64,000 nucleotides of DNA from positions 8,311-72,310 of the forward strand of contig JAADHN010000066.1 of NCBI GenBank assembly GCA_013151865.1, given 5' to 3'. A program made the translations under genes and the position numbers. The notes beneath the pieces are model-generated. The model was not told the DNA's origin and searched no databases. It saw nothing but the letters and a program-made list of their open reading frames with translations. Below, one piece after another: positions 52,751 to 60,788 of the stretch (positions are counted from its first letter, which is position 1; every line of letters starts with the position of its first letter). Source of the stretch: Kiritimatiellota bacterium (GTDB lineage Bacteria > Verrucomicrobiota > Lentisphaeria > Oligosphaerales > JAADHN01).

Positions 52751-53206
52751 ATGATCCTGGGAACGCGGCCAGTCCGTACCATGCCGCTGTTGGTGTTGGG
52801 GTTGCTTGCCTGTGTCCTGGTCAACGCAGGGGGACACCCACGCGTCGTGGTTTGCTACGGAATGGATGGCCATGTTTCATTGGAATCGACTTCCGGGGCA
52901 CGCTGCAGCCAGGTTTCCGAGGTGATCGTTCGCCCGACTGCCGCGCCGCAGAGAAATGTGTCTCTCACCGCGGCCGCCGGTCATTGCGCGCCTTGCGTTG
53001 ATATCCCCATTCCGTTCAGTGGATTTGAACAACAGCCTTTTCTCACGCAGGGCCCTTCCGTACCAAGCCTTGTTCCGACCGGCCCGGTCTCGGCTGATGC
53101 TTCTCCCGTGTTCACATCACTCCCTGCCGTCCGTCTTGTTCCCCCATCTTCCCTCGACTTCAGTCTGGCGCTCACGTCCCTTCGCACCGTCATCCTTTTG
53201 ATCTGA
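52751..53206 (+). CDS. Small exported Cys/His-containing leader protein with a Pro/Ser-rich tail ending LRTVILLI
   Basis: AAGGAG RBS, signal/TM helix, VVCYGMDGHVSLE and HCAPCVDIPI motifs. First gene of the MITE-bracketed operon. Confidence 0.7.
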   Translation: MILGTRPVRTMPLLVLGLLACVLVNAGGHPRVVVCYGMDGHVSLESTSGARCSQVSEVIVRPTAAPQRNVSLTAAAGHCAPCVDIPIPFSGFEQQPFLTQGPSVPSLVPTGPVSADASPVFTSLPAVRLVPPSSLDFSLALTSLRTVILLI

Positions 53207-53376
53207 CTTCCCCCCTCTCTTCCCGGTCGTCCGTATCCCCCTGAGCTGCCGACCTTGCGATGGCAGCACACTCTTGGCACTCTTGGCATCCCCGGCTTTG
53301 CCCACGCCCGCTGGCGTGTGTAGGTCGCATCCAACCTCCCAGAACGAGAGAATCTTAACAGACGCAGGCCAGCACC

Positions 53377-55335
53377 ATGTCTCAAAAGTTCCTGATATTC
53401 GTGACCGTTCTGGCAGTCGCAGCCCTGACGCTGCTGCTTGTCCTGCTGGCTGTCAGAGAAGAGCAAAGTACGAAAAGGATCATTGTCGAACGGGACAAAC
53501 GCATCGGTGAGAATGTCGTCGCCACCTTTACCGGCGGCGAGGTCACGACCAGCGAACTGCGCAAATTCATCAATGAACGAACCCGACGATCGGGCGAACA
53601 CGCTGCTTGCGACAAACACAGCTACGATCATTCCAAATGTTCGCCCGACGAAAAATGCGAGAACCATCCCCTCAATTCGGTCGAATCCTATCGGGCCCTG
53701 CTCAGGCAATTGGTCATGGACAAGATGGTTGAACGCTGGATCCGTGAAAAAGGGATGCTGTCTCGAAAACAGGTTAAACACCGATTAAAGCATCTGGTTG
53801 AAGAAATCAACTTGGGCGCCCTCGCGGGGGAAATGCACGCCGACAAGGTGAAACCCGACAAAATCGAGATGCGCCAGTACTATGAGGAACACAAAGATGA
53901 GTACAAGAATCGTCCTTTCAGCGAAGTGGAAGAGGAAATCGAGGGAATCCTGGTCGCTCGGAAACAGAGTGAGTTCATTCCAAAGTATATCGAGGAACTG
54001 AAAGCCAATGCGGTCATTGAGAGGAACTATGACCTGATTAAAGTCCCGGAACCGACCGAGGCGGAAATCCGAGCTTACTACGACCAGCACAGCAAGGAAT
54101 ATGTCCGCGCAGAGTTCCTGCGCATTCAAATTCTGCGAATCGGAGCCGAAGACGAAAAAGCGGGTCGGGCAAAAGCCGAAAAGGCCCTGGCCAAGTTGCG
54201 CGCCGGGGCAGACTTCGAAGAGGTGGCCCGAGACTTTGCCGACGACAAGACCGCGCCCATCGAGCTGGTGGAGCGCGGCCGGAAAAGCAAACGGTTCGAG
54301 GAACGAGTGTTTCGCTATTACGCCGGCGAACTGACGCCGATTTTCAAAGACGGCGGATTCTTCTATATCGTGAAGATCCTTGAACGGGAAGGAAAGAAAA
54401 AGAAGTCGCTTCCCGAGGTATTGGCGGAGGTTACCGCAGCCGTTCGTCGACAGAAAGAAGAAGAGAAATTCAAGTATAACAAGTATGACGCTCTTTTCAG
54501 CGTGCACGGCAAACGTTTTACGGTCGAAGAATTCCAGCAAGAGTTCTCGGAACTCTCCCCTGAAGAACAGAGGCAATTTGCCAGCTTCAAGGCCAAAAAG
54601 AACCTGCTCGATCAACTCATTGTCCGGCAATTGCTGATGGAAAAAGCCGAGGACAAAGGCGTGGAAGCTGAGAAGCGGAAAGAGATCGAGGAACTCAAGA
54701 AACGTGCCCTCCAGCAGATGCTGCATAAGGAAGAAGTGGACGAAAAAATCGAGGTCAGCGAAAAAGAGGCCAGAGAGCTTTATGAAAAACGGAAGAACGT
54801 CCTGATGGAACCGGCTAAAGCCAAGGTCAGCGTGATCCGGATCGGTACCGGGTTCAGCGCAGACGAACGCAAGCGGGCGCGGGAGAAAATCGAGGCGGCC
54901 CAAAAGAAACTCAACGCCGGGGCTGATTTTGCCGAAGTGGCCAAGGAGTACTCCGAGGATTGGACCGCCACGCGCGGCGGAGAAATGGATCGGTGGATCT
55001 ATGAAGGCGCCGGTCATCTCGGGGAAATCTACGAGCACGGATTTCACCGGTACGTTTTCGCTCTGCAACCCGGTGAGACGAGCGACTTCTTCGAGTTCCG
55101 CAACAACTATTGGATCGTCAAAATGCGAGAACACCGCCCGAGCCGCCGGCAGACGTTCGAGGAAGCGCGGCCCACGATCGAAGCATATATCAAGGCCCTC
55201 AAGCACGAAGAGCGCATGTTCGAACTGCAGAACGAACTGTTGGAGAAGTCGCGACTGGTCATCCGGGACTTTGTCTTGAGCCGGATGCTTCAGGCCGAAT
55301 CCACCGGCCATGAACACGAACGGGCACTGTACTGA
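53377..55335 (+). CDS. Membrane-anchored PrsA/SurA-like foldase with two parvulin (PpiC)-like domains and His/Cys insertions
   Basis: N-terminal TM helix, GADFEEVARDFADD, GADFAEVAKEYSED..T..RGG and LQPGETS motifs. Insert EHAACDKHSYDHSKCSPDEKCENH. Confidence 0.8.
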   Translation: MSQKFLIFVTVLAVAALTLLLVLLAVREEQSTKRIIVERDKRIGENVVATFTGGEVTTSELRKFINERTRRSGEHAACDKHSYDHSKCSPDEKCENHPLNSVESYRALLRQLVMDKMVERWIREKGMLSRKQVKHRLKHLVEEINLGALAGEMHADKVKPDKIEMRQYYEEHKDEYKNRPFSEVEEEIEGILVARKQSEFIPKYIEELKANAVIERNYDLIKVPEPTEAEIRAYYDQHSKEYVRAEFLRIQILRIGAEDEKAGRAKAEKALAKLRAGADFEEVARDFADDKTAPIELVERGRKSKRFEERVFRYYAGELTPIFKDGGFFYIVKILEREGKKKKSLPEVLAEVTAAVRRQKEEEKFKYNKYDALFSVHGKRFTVEEFQQEFSELSPEEQRQFASFKAKKNLLDQLIVRQLLMEKAEDKGVEAEKRKEIEELKKRALQQMLHKEEVDEKIEVSEKEARELYEKRKNVLMEPAKAKVSVIRIGTGFSADERKRAREKIEAAQKKLNAGADFAEVAKEYSEDWTATRGGEMDRWIYEGAGHLGEIYEHGFHRYVFALQPGETSDFFEFRNNYWIVKMREHRPSRRQTFEEARPTIEAYIKALKHEERMFELQNELLEKSRLVIRDFVLSRMLQAESTGHEHERALY

Positions 55336-55371
55336 CCGAGCACATACTGCTGTTGAAAGGAGAATGCCGAC

Positions 55372-56904
55372 GTGGAAAGAAAAGAGCAAACGGTCCTGAT
55401 CAGCATCGGCGCCAACGGATTACTCATTTCCCTGCGTTTTCTGCTCGCCTTCGTGTCCGGAAGTCTGGCCCTGAAAGCCAATGCCTGGCACTCCCTGGCC
55501 GACGTGTTCGTGCTGGGCGTCGTTTACATTGGCTTGTTTGTGGCACGACAGCAGGACCAGCGTTACGCCGGGATCATCGCATGGATGGAGAACATCGTCG
55601 CCATCTTCGTCTCGATCTTCATCTTTTGGATGGGCTTCGAGCTGTTCGGAGAGGCCGTGGCGGGAGAGGCCGTGGAACTGGCCTACGTCGTCCCATCAGC
55701 AATCGGTGCGTTTCTGGGCGTATGCATTACTTACTTCATGGGGCGGTACATGCTCTTCGTGGGGCACGCGACCGGCTCGCCCAGCCTGATTGCCGCGGGG
55801 TCTCATGCTCGAATGGACATGTTCTGCTCTACGGCGGTGCTGCTGGGGCTGGTGGGAAGCATTTTCGGCCTGGTCGGCCTCGATAAGGTTGCCGCCACCA
55901 TTGTGGTGGTCTTCATCTTCATGGCGGCCATCGAAATCTTCATGGCCAACGTCCGTGCCTTGCTCAGCGGTCGCGCCGAACTCGCCCATGAGCACGCGCA
56001 CGGCCTGAACAAACCCGGCAAGCTGGTCACGGCGGGCATCGCCATACTGATCGCGGCCGGGTACCTCGGCTCGGGAGTCTACTACGTCCAGCCGGACGAA
56101 CAGGCGGTGGTGCGCCGGCTCGGCAAGATCCTCGAACGCCCCTTCGGTCCCGGCCTGCATTATCGCCTGCCGTACCCGATCGACCGGGCGAACATGGTCC
56201 GTACCGGCACGGTGCGCGAAGTCGGGACCCGGAAACGCCTGCTGCTGAGCGGCGACGAGAACCTCGTGGAGGTTGACGTATCCGTGCACTATCGCGTGTC
56301 CGATCCGGTGAAATACCTCCTCAAAGCGGCCGCACCCGACACCCTTGTGCGCGAAGCGGCTCAGGCCAGCGTGCGCAACGCCGTGGGGCATCGACGAATC
56401 GACGATCTGTTGACCACCGGCCGCGAAGACGTTCTGGCAGAGGTCCGGAGGACACTCCAAGAAGAACTCGACAGGAGCGACACGGGTATCGAAGTGGTCG
56501 GTGTCCTCCTCTTGGAACTGCGCCCCCCAGAGGACGTCGTCGATGCCTTCTATGACGTAGCCAGTGCACGGGAAGACAAAGCCACCTACATCAACGAAGC
56601 CCATTCGGCACGTAATGCCTTGGTGCCCAAAGCACGGGGCGAAGCCGCCGAGAAAATCCTCGCCGCAGAAGCTTACAGAGAACAAAAAGTGCAGTACGCC
56701 GCGGGCGAAGCAGGTCGTTTTCTCAGCAAGCTCGAAGAATACGCCAAAGCCCGCGACATCACTGAAGTCCGTTTGTATCTCGAAGCCATGGAAAAAGTCT
56801 TGCCGGGCGTCAGAAAATTCCTGGTGGACGGTGACGTCGAGACGGGAGAGACCGACCTCTGGTTTGTTGGTAAGGACGCCGGAAACCTGTTTGGCACGAA
56901 ATAA
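55372..56904 (+). CDS. Cation diffusion facilitator (CDF) TM domain fused to an HflK-like SPFH domain
   Basis: GSLALKANAWHSLAD (TM2), SPSLIAAGSHARMD (TM5), linker HEHAHG, then YYVQPDEQAVVRRLG...PGLHYRLPYPID...LLSGDENLV...PKARGEA...RLYLEAMEKVL. Confidence 0.88.
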   Translation: MERKEQTVLISIGANGLLISLRFLLAFVSGSLALKANAWHSLADVFVLGVVYIGLFVARQQDQRYAGIIAWMENIVAIFVSIFIFWMGFELFGEAVAGEAVELAYVVPSAIGAFLGVCITYFMGRYMLFVGHATGSPSLIAAGSHARMDMFCSTAVLLGLVGSIFGLVGLDKVAATIVVVFIFMAAIEIFMANVRALLSGRAELAHEHAHGLNKPGKLVTAGIAILIAAGYLGSGVYYVQPDEQAVVRRLGKILERPFGPGLHYRLPYPIDRANMVRTGTVREVGTRKRLLLSGDENLVEVDVSVHYRVSDPVKYLLKAAAPDTLVREAAQASVRNAVGHRRIDDLLTTGREDVLAEVRRTLQEELDRSDTGIEVVGVLLLELRPPEDVVDAFYDVASAREDKATYINEAHSARNALVPKARGEAAEKILAAEAYREQKVQYAAGEAGRFLSKLEEYAKARDITEVRLYLEAMEKVLPGVRKFLVDGDVETGETDLWFVGKDAGNLFGTK

Positions 56905-56937
56905 CCCAGACACATTCGCAACGAAAGGAAAAAGCCG

Positions 56938-57912
56938 ATGGACGGAACAAACGGAAAAGCAACCTGGTTCAAACTGGCGGCGGGCCTGGGGGTGTTCTTC
57001 TTCGCTCTCCTGATCAGCAACCTTGTACTGTTTGTGGTCGATACAACCGAATATGCCGTGATCACGCAGTTCGGTCGCCCGGTGCGGACAATCCTGGAGC
57101 CGGGACTCCACTGGAAACTGCCCGAACCCATCCAGCTCTTGCGGCGCTACGACAACCGGCTTCAGGTTTACGAAGCGGGACAAGTCGAGTTTCTCACTCA
57201 AGACAAGAAAAGTATCGTCGTGGACTATTACGCCTCCTGGAAGATCACCGACCCGTTGGCGTTCCTCAAGACCGTGCGCGACAAGATCGGCGCAGAAGCT
57301 CGCCTGTCGGACGTGGTCTCGTCCGTACTGGGTGTGGGCGTGGGGCAATTCGAACTGAGCGATCTGATCAACACGGACCCCGCCCGCATGAAGCTGCACG
57401 AAATGCTGGCCGCCGTGACCCAGCGCTGCAACGAGCAAACCAGCCGGTACGGCATCCAGATCGTCAACGTGGAAATGCGCACCCTCAATTTCCCGGAGAA
57501 AAATAAACTGAGCGTGTTTCGGCGTATGAAAGCCGAACGGGAACAGATGGCCAGGAAGTACCGGTCCGAGGGAAGCGAAGAGGCGGCCAAGATCCGCGCG
57601 GAAGCCCGCAAAGAGGAGAAAACGATCCTGTCCGAAGCCTACCGAAAAGCGGAAACAATCAAAGGCGAAGGAGATGCCGAGGCAATCCGTATTTATGCCC
57701 AGGCCTTTCAGAAAGATCCGGAGTTCTACCGTTTCATCAGAACTCTCGCGGCGTACGACAAGATCATAGACGACAAAACGACGGCCATTCTACCGGCCGA
57801 CTCGGACCTGCTGAAGTACTTCGCCCGGGGGAGAAGCAGCCCCGCGAAAAACCGGGGCGGAAGCAAGCGCGCCATGGTCCCGAACAGACGCCCGGAAGGA
57901 GCCGAAAAATGA
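56938..57912 (+). CDS. hflC: HflC-like SPFH protein
   Basis: AVITQFGRP, PGLHWKLP, FLTQDKK, RMKAERE.MA..YRSEG and GEGDAEAIRIYA.AF.KDPEFY.FIRTL.AY motifs. Confidence 0.92.
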   Translation: MDGTNGKATWFKLAAGLGVFFFALLISNLVLFVVDTTEYAVITQFGRPVRTILEPGLHWKLPEPIQLLRRYDNRLQVYEAGQVEFLTQDKKSIVVDYYASWKITDPLAFLKTVRDKIGAEARLSDVVSSVLGVGVGQFELSDLINTDPARMKLHEMLAAVTQRCNEQTSRYGIQIVNVEMRTLNFPEKNKLSVFRRMKAEREQMARKYRSEGSEEAAKIRAEARKEEKTILSEAYRKAETIKGEGDAEAIRIYAQAFQKDPEFYRFIRTLAAYDKIIDDKTTAILPADSDLLKYFARGRSSPAKNRGGSKRAMVPNRRPEGAEK

Positions 57913-58895
57913 GCGAGATCGAACGCCACGACAACCCATGGGACGATATTCGGCGAGCTTTCGGCCATCTGAAACCGACCGTGCTTGTGCCGATCGCCGC
58001 GCTGGTCCTGGGCGCCGTCTACCTGGGCACGGGCGTCTACATCGTCAATCCCGGCGAGCAAGGGGTGGTCAAACGGTTCGGGCGAGTCATCGCGACTGTG
58101 GATGAAGGCGCCCACTATCGACTCCCGTGGCCGGTGGACACGGTCGAAGTCGTCAATGTGAGCAAGGTGCGGCGCGCAGACATCGGCATGGTCCTTCCCG
58201 AACACGAACATCCGGCGTTTCTGCCGGAAAAACTGCAACTGCTGACCGGGGACGAGAACCTCATCAACGTCGAAGCAATCATCCACTACAAAATCAAAGA
58301 TCCGGCCCGTTTCCTCTATCGCACTAACTTCGGCGAGGAAAGATTGCTGCACAACGCCGTCGGCTCGGCCCTGGTTGAACTCATCGGTCAAATGGCGGTG
58401 GACGACATCCTTACCACGGAGAAGATCAGTGCCCAGGCAAGAATCCTACGGAAAGCACAGAAGGTCCTCGATGAATACGAAAGCGGTCTGCAGATCAGCG
58501 CCTTCAATATTCGAGCCATCGTGCCGCCGGAGGATGTGGCGGACGCCTTTCGGGACGTCCAGACCGCCAAGGAGGATCGCGAGCAGGTGATCAACCAGGC
58601 CAGAGGCTTTGCCAACAGCATCCTTCCCGAAGCCCGGGGACGGGCCCGGGAGTGGACCAGCGAGGCCGAAGGCTACCGCACCGAGGTGGTCAACCGCGCC
58701 GAGGGGGACGCACAGAACTTCGAGGCAGTGCTGGCCGAGTACCAGAACGACGCCCGGATGTACAGCGAGGACATTACCCGCTATCGACTCTACCTCGAAA
58801 CCATGGAAAAAATCCTCCCACGCGTCAAGAAGTACGTTCTTCGGGCGCGTGCCGGCGGCGAAAAAGTGAACTTGCGCTTCGTCAACAGGGAATAG
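57909..58895 (+). CDS. hflK: Second HflK-like SPFH protein
   Basis: ATGA overlap with hflC. YIVNPGEQGVVKRFG, HYRLPWPVD, LLTGDENLI, AFRDVQTAKED, PEARGRA and RLYLETMEKIL motifs. Confidence 0.9.
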   Translation: MSEIERHDNPWDDIRRAFGHLKPTVLVPIAALVLGAVYLGTGVYIVNPGEQGVVKRFGRVIATVDEGAHYRLPWPVDTVEVVNVSKVRRADIGMVLPEHEHPAFLPEKLQLLTGDENLINVEAIIHYKIKDPARFLYRTNFGEERLLHNAVGSALVELIGQMAVDDILTTEKISAQARILRKAQKVLDEYESGLQISAFNIRAIVPPEDVADAFRDVQTAKEDREQVINQARGFANSILPEARGRAREWTSEAEGYRTEVVNRAEGDAQNFEAVLAEYQNDARMYSEDITRYRLYLETMEKILPRVKKYVLRARAGGEKVNLRFVNRE

Positions 58896-58922
58896 GCGTT
58901 TCAAAGGACCGGAGAGATCGAG

Positions 58923-59096
58923 ATGCTGGAAATAGTGCAACTGGTCGCAATGGTCGTGCTTCTTGTGGCGATGACGGGCATGCTCGTATTGGTTGCCCGT
59001 CTTGCGCGGGTCGTGGAACGCTGGGAACGACGGCTTTCCCCAGCGTCGAGACAAACCGGTGATCGAGAAACGAAAGGAGGTGATCCGAGTGGATAA
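58923..59096 (+). CDS. Small single-TM protein (57 aa), not in the ORF track
   Basis: GGAGAG RBS; MLEIVQLVAMVVLLVAMTGMLVLVARLARVVERWERRLSPASRQTGDRETKGGDPSG*. Its stop overlaps the next start. Confidence 0.65.
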   Translation: MLEIVQLVAMVVLLVAMTGMLVLVARLARVVERWERRLSPASRQTGDRETKGGDPSG

Positions 59097-59244
59097 AGTG
59101 GGTGCAATCCTGGACGGCGTTGCCACGCTTATCGTGGGCGTCGGCGTACTGGTGGTCCTTCTCAAAACGGGCGGCTTGGTCGCTGCTTTGGGAGGACGGC
59201 TCAACCCCGAAAACAAAGAAGAAAACGCAACCAGCCAGAGTTGA
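59089..59244 (+). CDS. Small single-TM protein (51 aa), paralogue of 59279-59410
   Basis: Near-perfect SD AAAGGAGGTGA followed by GTG; MDKVGAILDGVATLIVGVGVLVVLLKTGGLVAALGGRLNPENKEENATSQS*. Confidence 0.75.
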   Translation: MDKVGAILDGVATLIVGVGVLVVLLKTGGLVAALGGRLNPENKEENATSQS

Positions 59245-59278
59245 ACATGGAGTCCTGACTTGAAAGGAGACAGGTAAA

Positions 59279-59410
59279 ATGAGCAATGTGGGAGAAATCC
59301 TCAGTAATGTGGCAACGCTGCTGGTCTCGATCGGGGCCGTGGTCGTGCTGTTCAAAACCGCGGGCCTCATCACGGCGCTTTCCGAACGCATCAAGGAGTG
59401 GAAGGAATAG
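59279..59410 (+). CDS. Small single-TM protein (43 aa), not in the ORF track
   Basis: AAAGGAG RBS; MSNVGEILSNVATLLVSIGAVVVLFKTAGLITALSERIKEWKE*. Aligns without gaps to the preceding peptide. Confidence 0.75.
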   Translation: MSNVGEILSNVATLLVSIGAVVVLFKTAGLITALSERIKEWKE

Positions 59411-59533
59411 CCCGTCGGCTGTTTCATTCGACCGTCAAGGGCAGTCGCTCCGCAGCAACCTGCGGGGCGCTGCCCTTTCCGCTTCTGGGCAAAGTCGACC
59501 TCTGTGATCCACAACCCCCGGCAAATCGTGCTC

Positions 59534-59742
59534 CAGAACTCGGTAACGCGGTAAAGCAGAATGCCCTCTCCTTTTTTTGTCGCAGTCACCGCCAGCGTGG
59601 GCGACTACTTTACAGAAGATGACGCTTCCAAGCTCAAATTCGCGCGAAACTGTAAGGCAGTCGCCCACACCCATTCCCGGGAATCCGTCCAAAAAAGGGA
59701 ATCCAACTTTACAGACCTCCAAGCTCAATCTACTGAGGTCTG
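59534..59742. mobile_element. MITE copy 2 (209 bp)
   Basis: Same TIRs and orientation as copy 1. Flanked by a perfect 6-bp TSD GTGCTC (59528-59533 and 59743-59748). Confidence 0.88.
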
Positions 59743-60304
59743 GTGCTCATGTCCGATGCGAGGCATGGCAACTCGGATGATCCCATCTGGGTTGCTTCTC
59801 GCAACAATTCACTCGCCGAGCCGAACGAATCGACCTCCCGAAACGACCGTACGCGGACAGTGACGACGCCCACACGCAACTCCTCGCCCTCGGCGTCCGA
59901 CAGGCGCCAGCCACTCCGGCGGGGGGACCGCCTGATCGGCGAGCCGGCGGAGCAGAAAAAACGTCAGCGCGGAAACCAAGACCACAGGCCTGCACCGTGG
60001 CAGGCGCCGGGTGTGAACGCCACGCTTGTTTTGTACCAAAACCGTTACCTGCGCGACCCCACCTCACGGTATGGAAGAAAACGCAGTAAGGCATTGGTTG
60101 GTGAATAGATAAGACAACAAGTCTTCTACCTTTTGCCGGGGCCGGGCCGTTGCCGAAAGTGGTACACTTTTAACTTGGCGGTGAGACCGGGGGGCGCCAC
60201 GTCCTCTCCACGCTCCGGCCCCACGCAAAAATGCCGGACAGGGCACCGCGCCACCGCCACTCCGAAAACGGAAAACGACGCACCTTTTTTGGCAATCGCC
60301 GCTT

Positions 60305-60352
60305 GCATACCTCGGCATCCGTGGTATTATAACATCGACTGCCGAGGTATGC
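60305..60352 (+). promoter_or_regulatory. Probable PadR autoregulatory operator(s) overlapping a sigma70-like promoter
   Basis: Perfect 13-bp inverted repeat GCATACCTCGGCA...TGCCGAGGTATGC, which can also be read as two tandem palindromic sites. It overlaps TTGCAT...TATTAT, about 40 bp before padR. Confidence 0.6.
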
Positions 60353-60392
60353 GTGGACGACCTGCGGAGTTCGCAACCGGGAGACCGCAACC

Positions 60393-60731
60393 ATGGAATT
60401 CACACCCGAATTGATCAAAGGAACCGTAGTGCCCATCGTGCTGAAGCTCCTGGATGAGCGGCCCATGTACGGATACGAAATCATTAAGCTCGTGAACCGG
60501 CGAACCGAGAACGCGTTCCAGTGGAAGGAGGGGACGCTGTACCCGTGGCTGCACCGCCTGGAAGCAGACGGCCTGGTCCGCGGCGAATGGCAGGTCGCGC
60601 CGTCGGGTCGCCGCCGCAAGTACTACACCCTCACTCGACGAGGGCGTACCGCCATGGTGAGCAAACTCGAGGAATGGCGGGCACTCTCGACCGCGGTGAA
60701 CACGTTACTCTTGGGGCCGGTTACAACATGA
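60393..60731 (+). CDS. PadR family transcriptional regulator (short subfamily 2)
   Basis: LIKGT, MYGYEI, EGTLYPWLHRLEADGLV and RRRKYYTLT..G motifs. Confidence 0.92.
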   Translation: MEFTPELIKGTVVPIVLKLLDERPMYGYEIIKLVNRRTENAFQWKEGTLYPWLHRLEADGLVRGEWQVAPSGRRRKYYTLTRRGRTAMVSKLEEWRALSTAVNTLLLGPVTT

Positions 60732-60788
60732 GGCGACAGCATTGTCGGACCAATCCGTCCGATTATTCTTCCCGTCGGGAGGTCTCCC

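Noticed and set aside
53268-53288. Short tandem duplication CACTCTTGG x2 upstream of the foldase
   Set aside because: Too short to distinguish from chance or slippage, and there is no evidence that it is an operator.
52422-59748. A single composite-transposon insertion event for the whole 7.3 kb
   Set aside because: The outer flanks (GTCCCT versus GTGCTC) do not match, whereas each MITE has its own TSD, which indicates separate insertions.
59749-60100. Possible gene remnant on the minus strand truncated by MITE copy 2
   Set aside because: The candidate frames lack a clear RBS or recognisable motif, so it cannot be supported.
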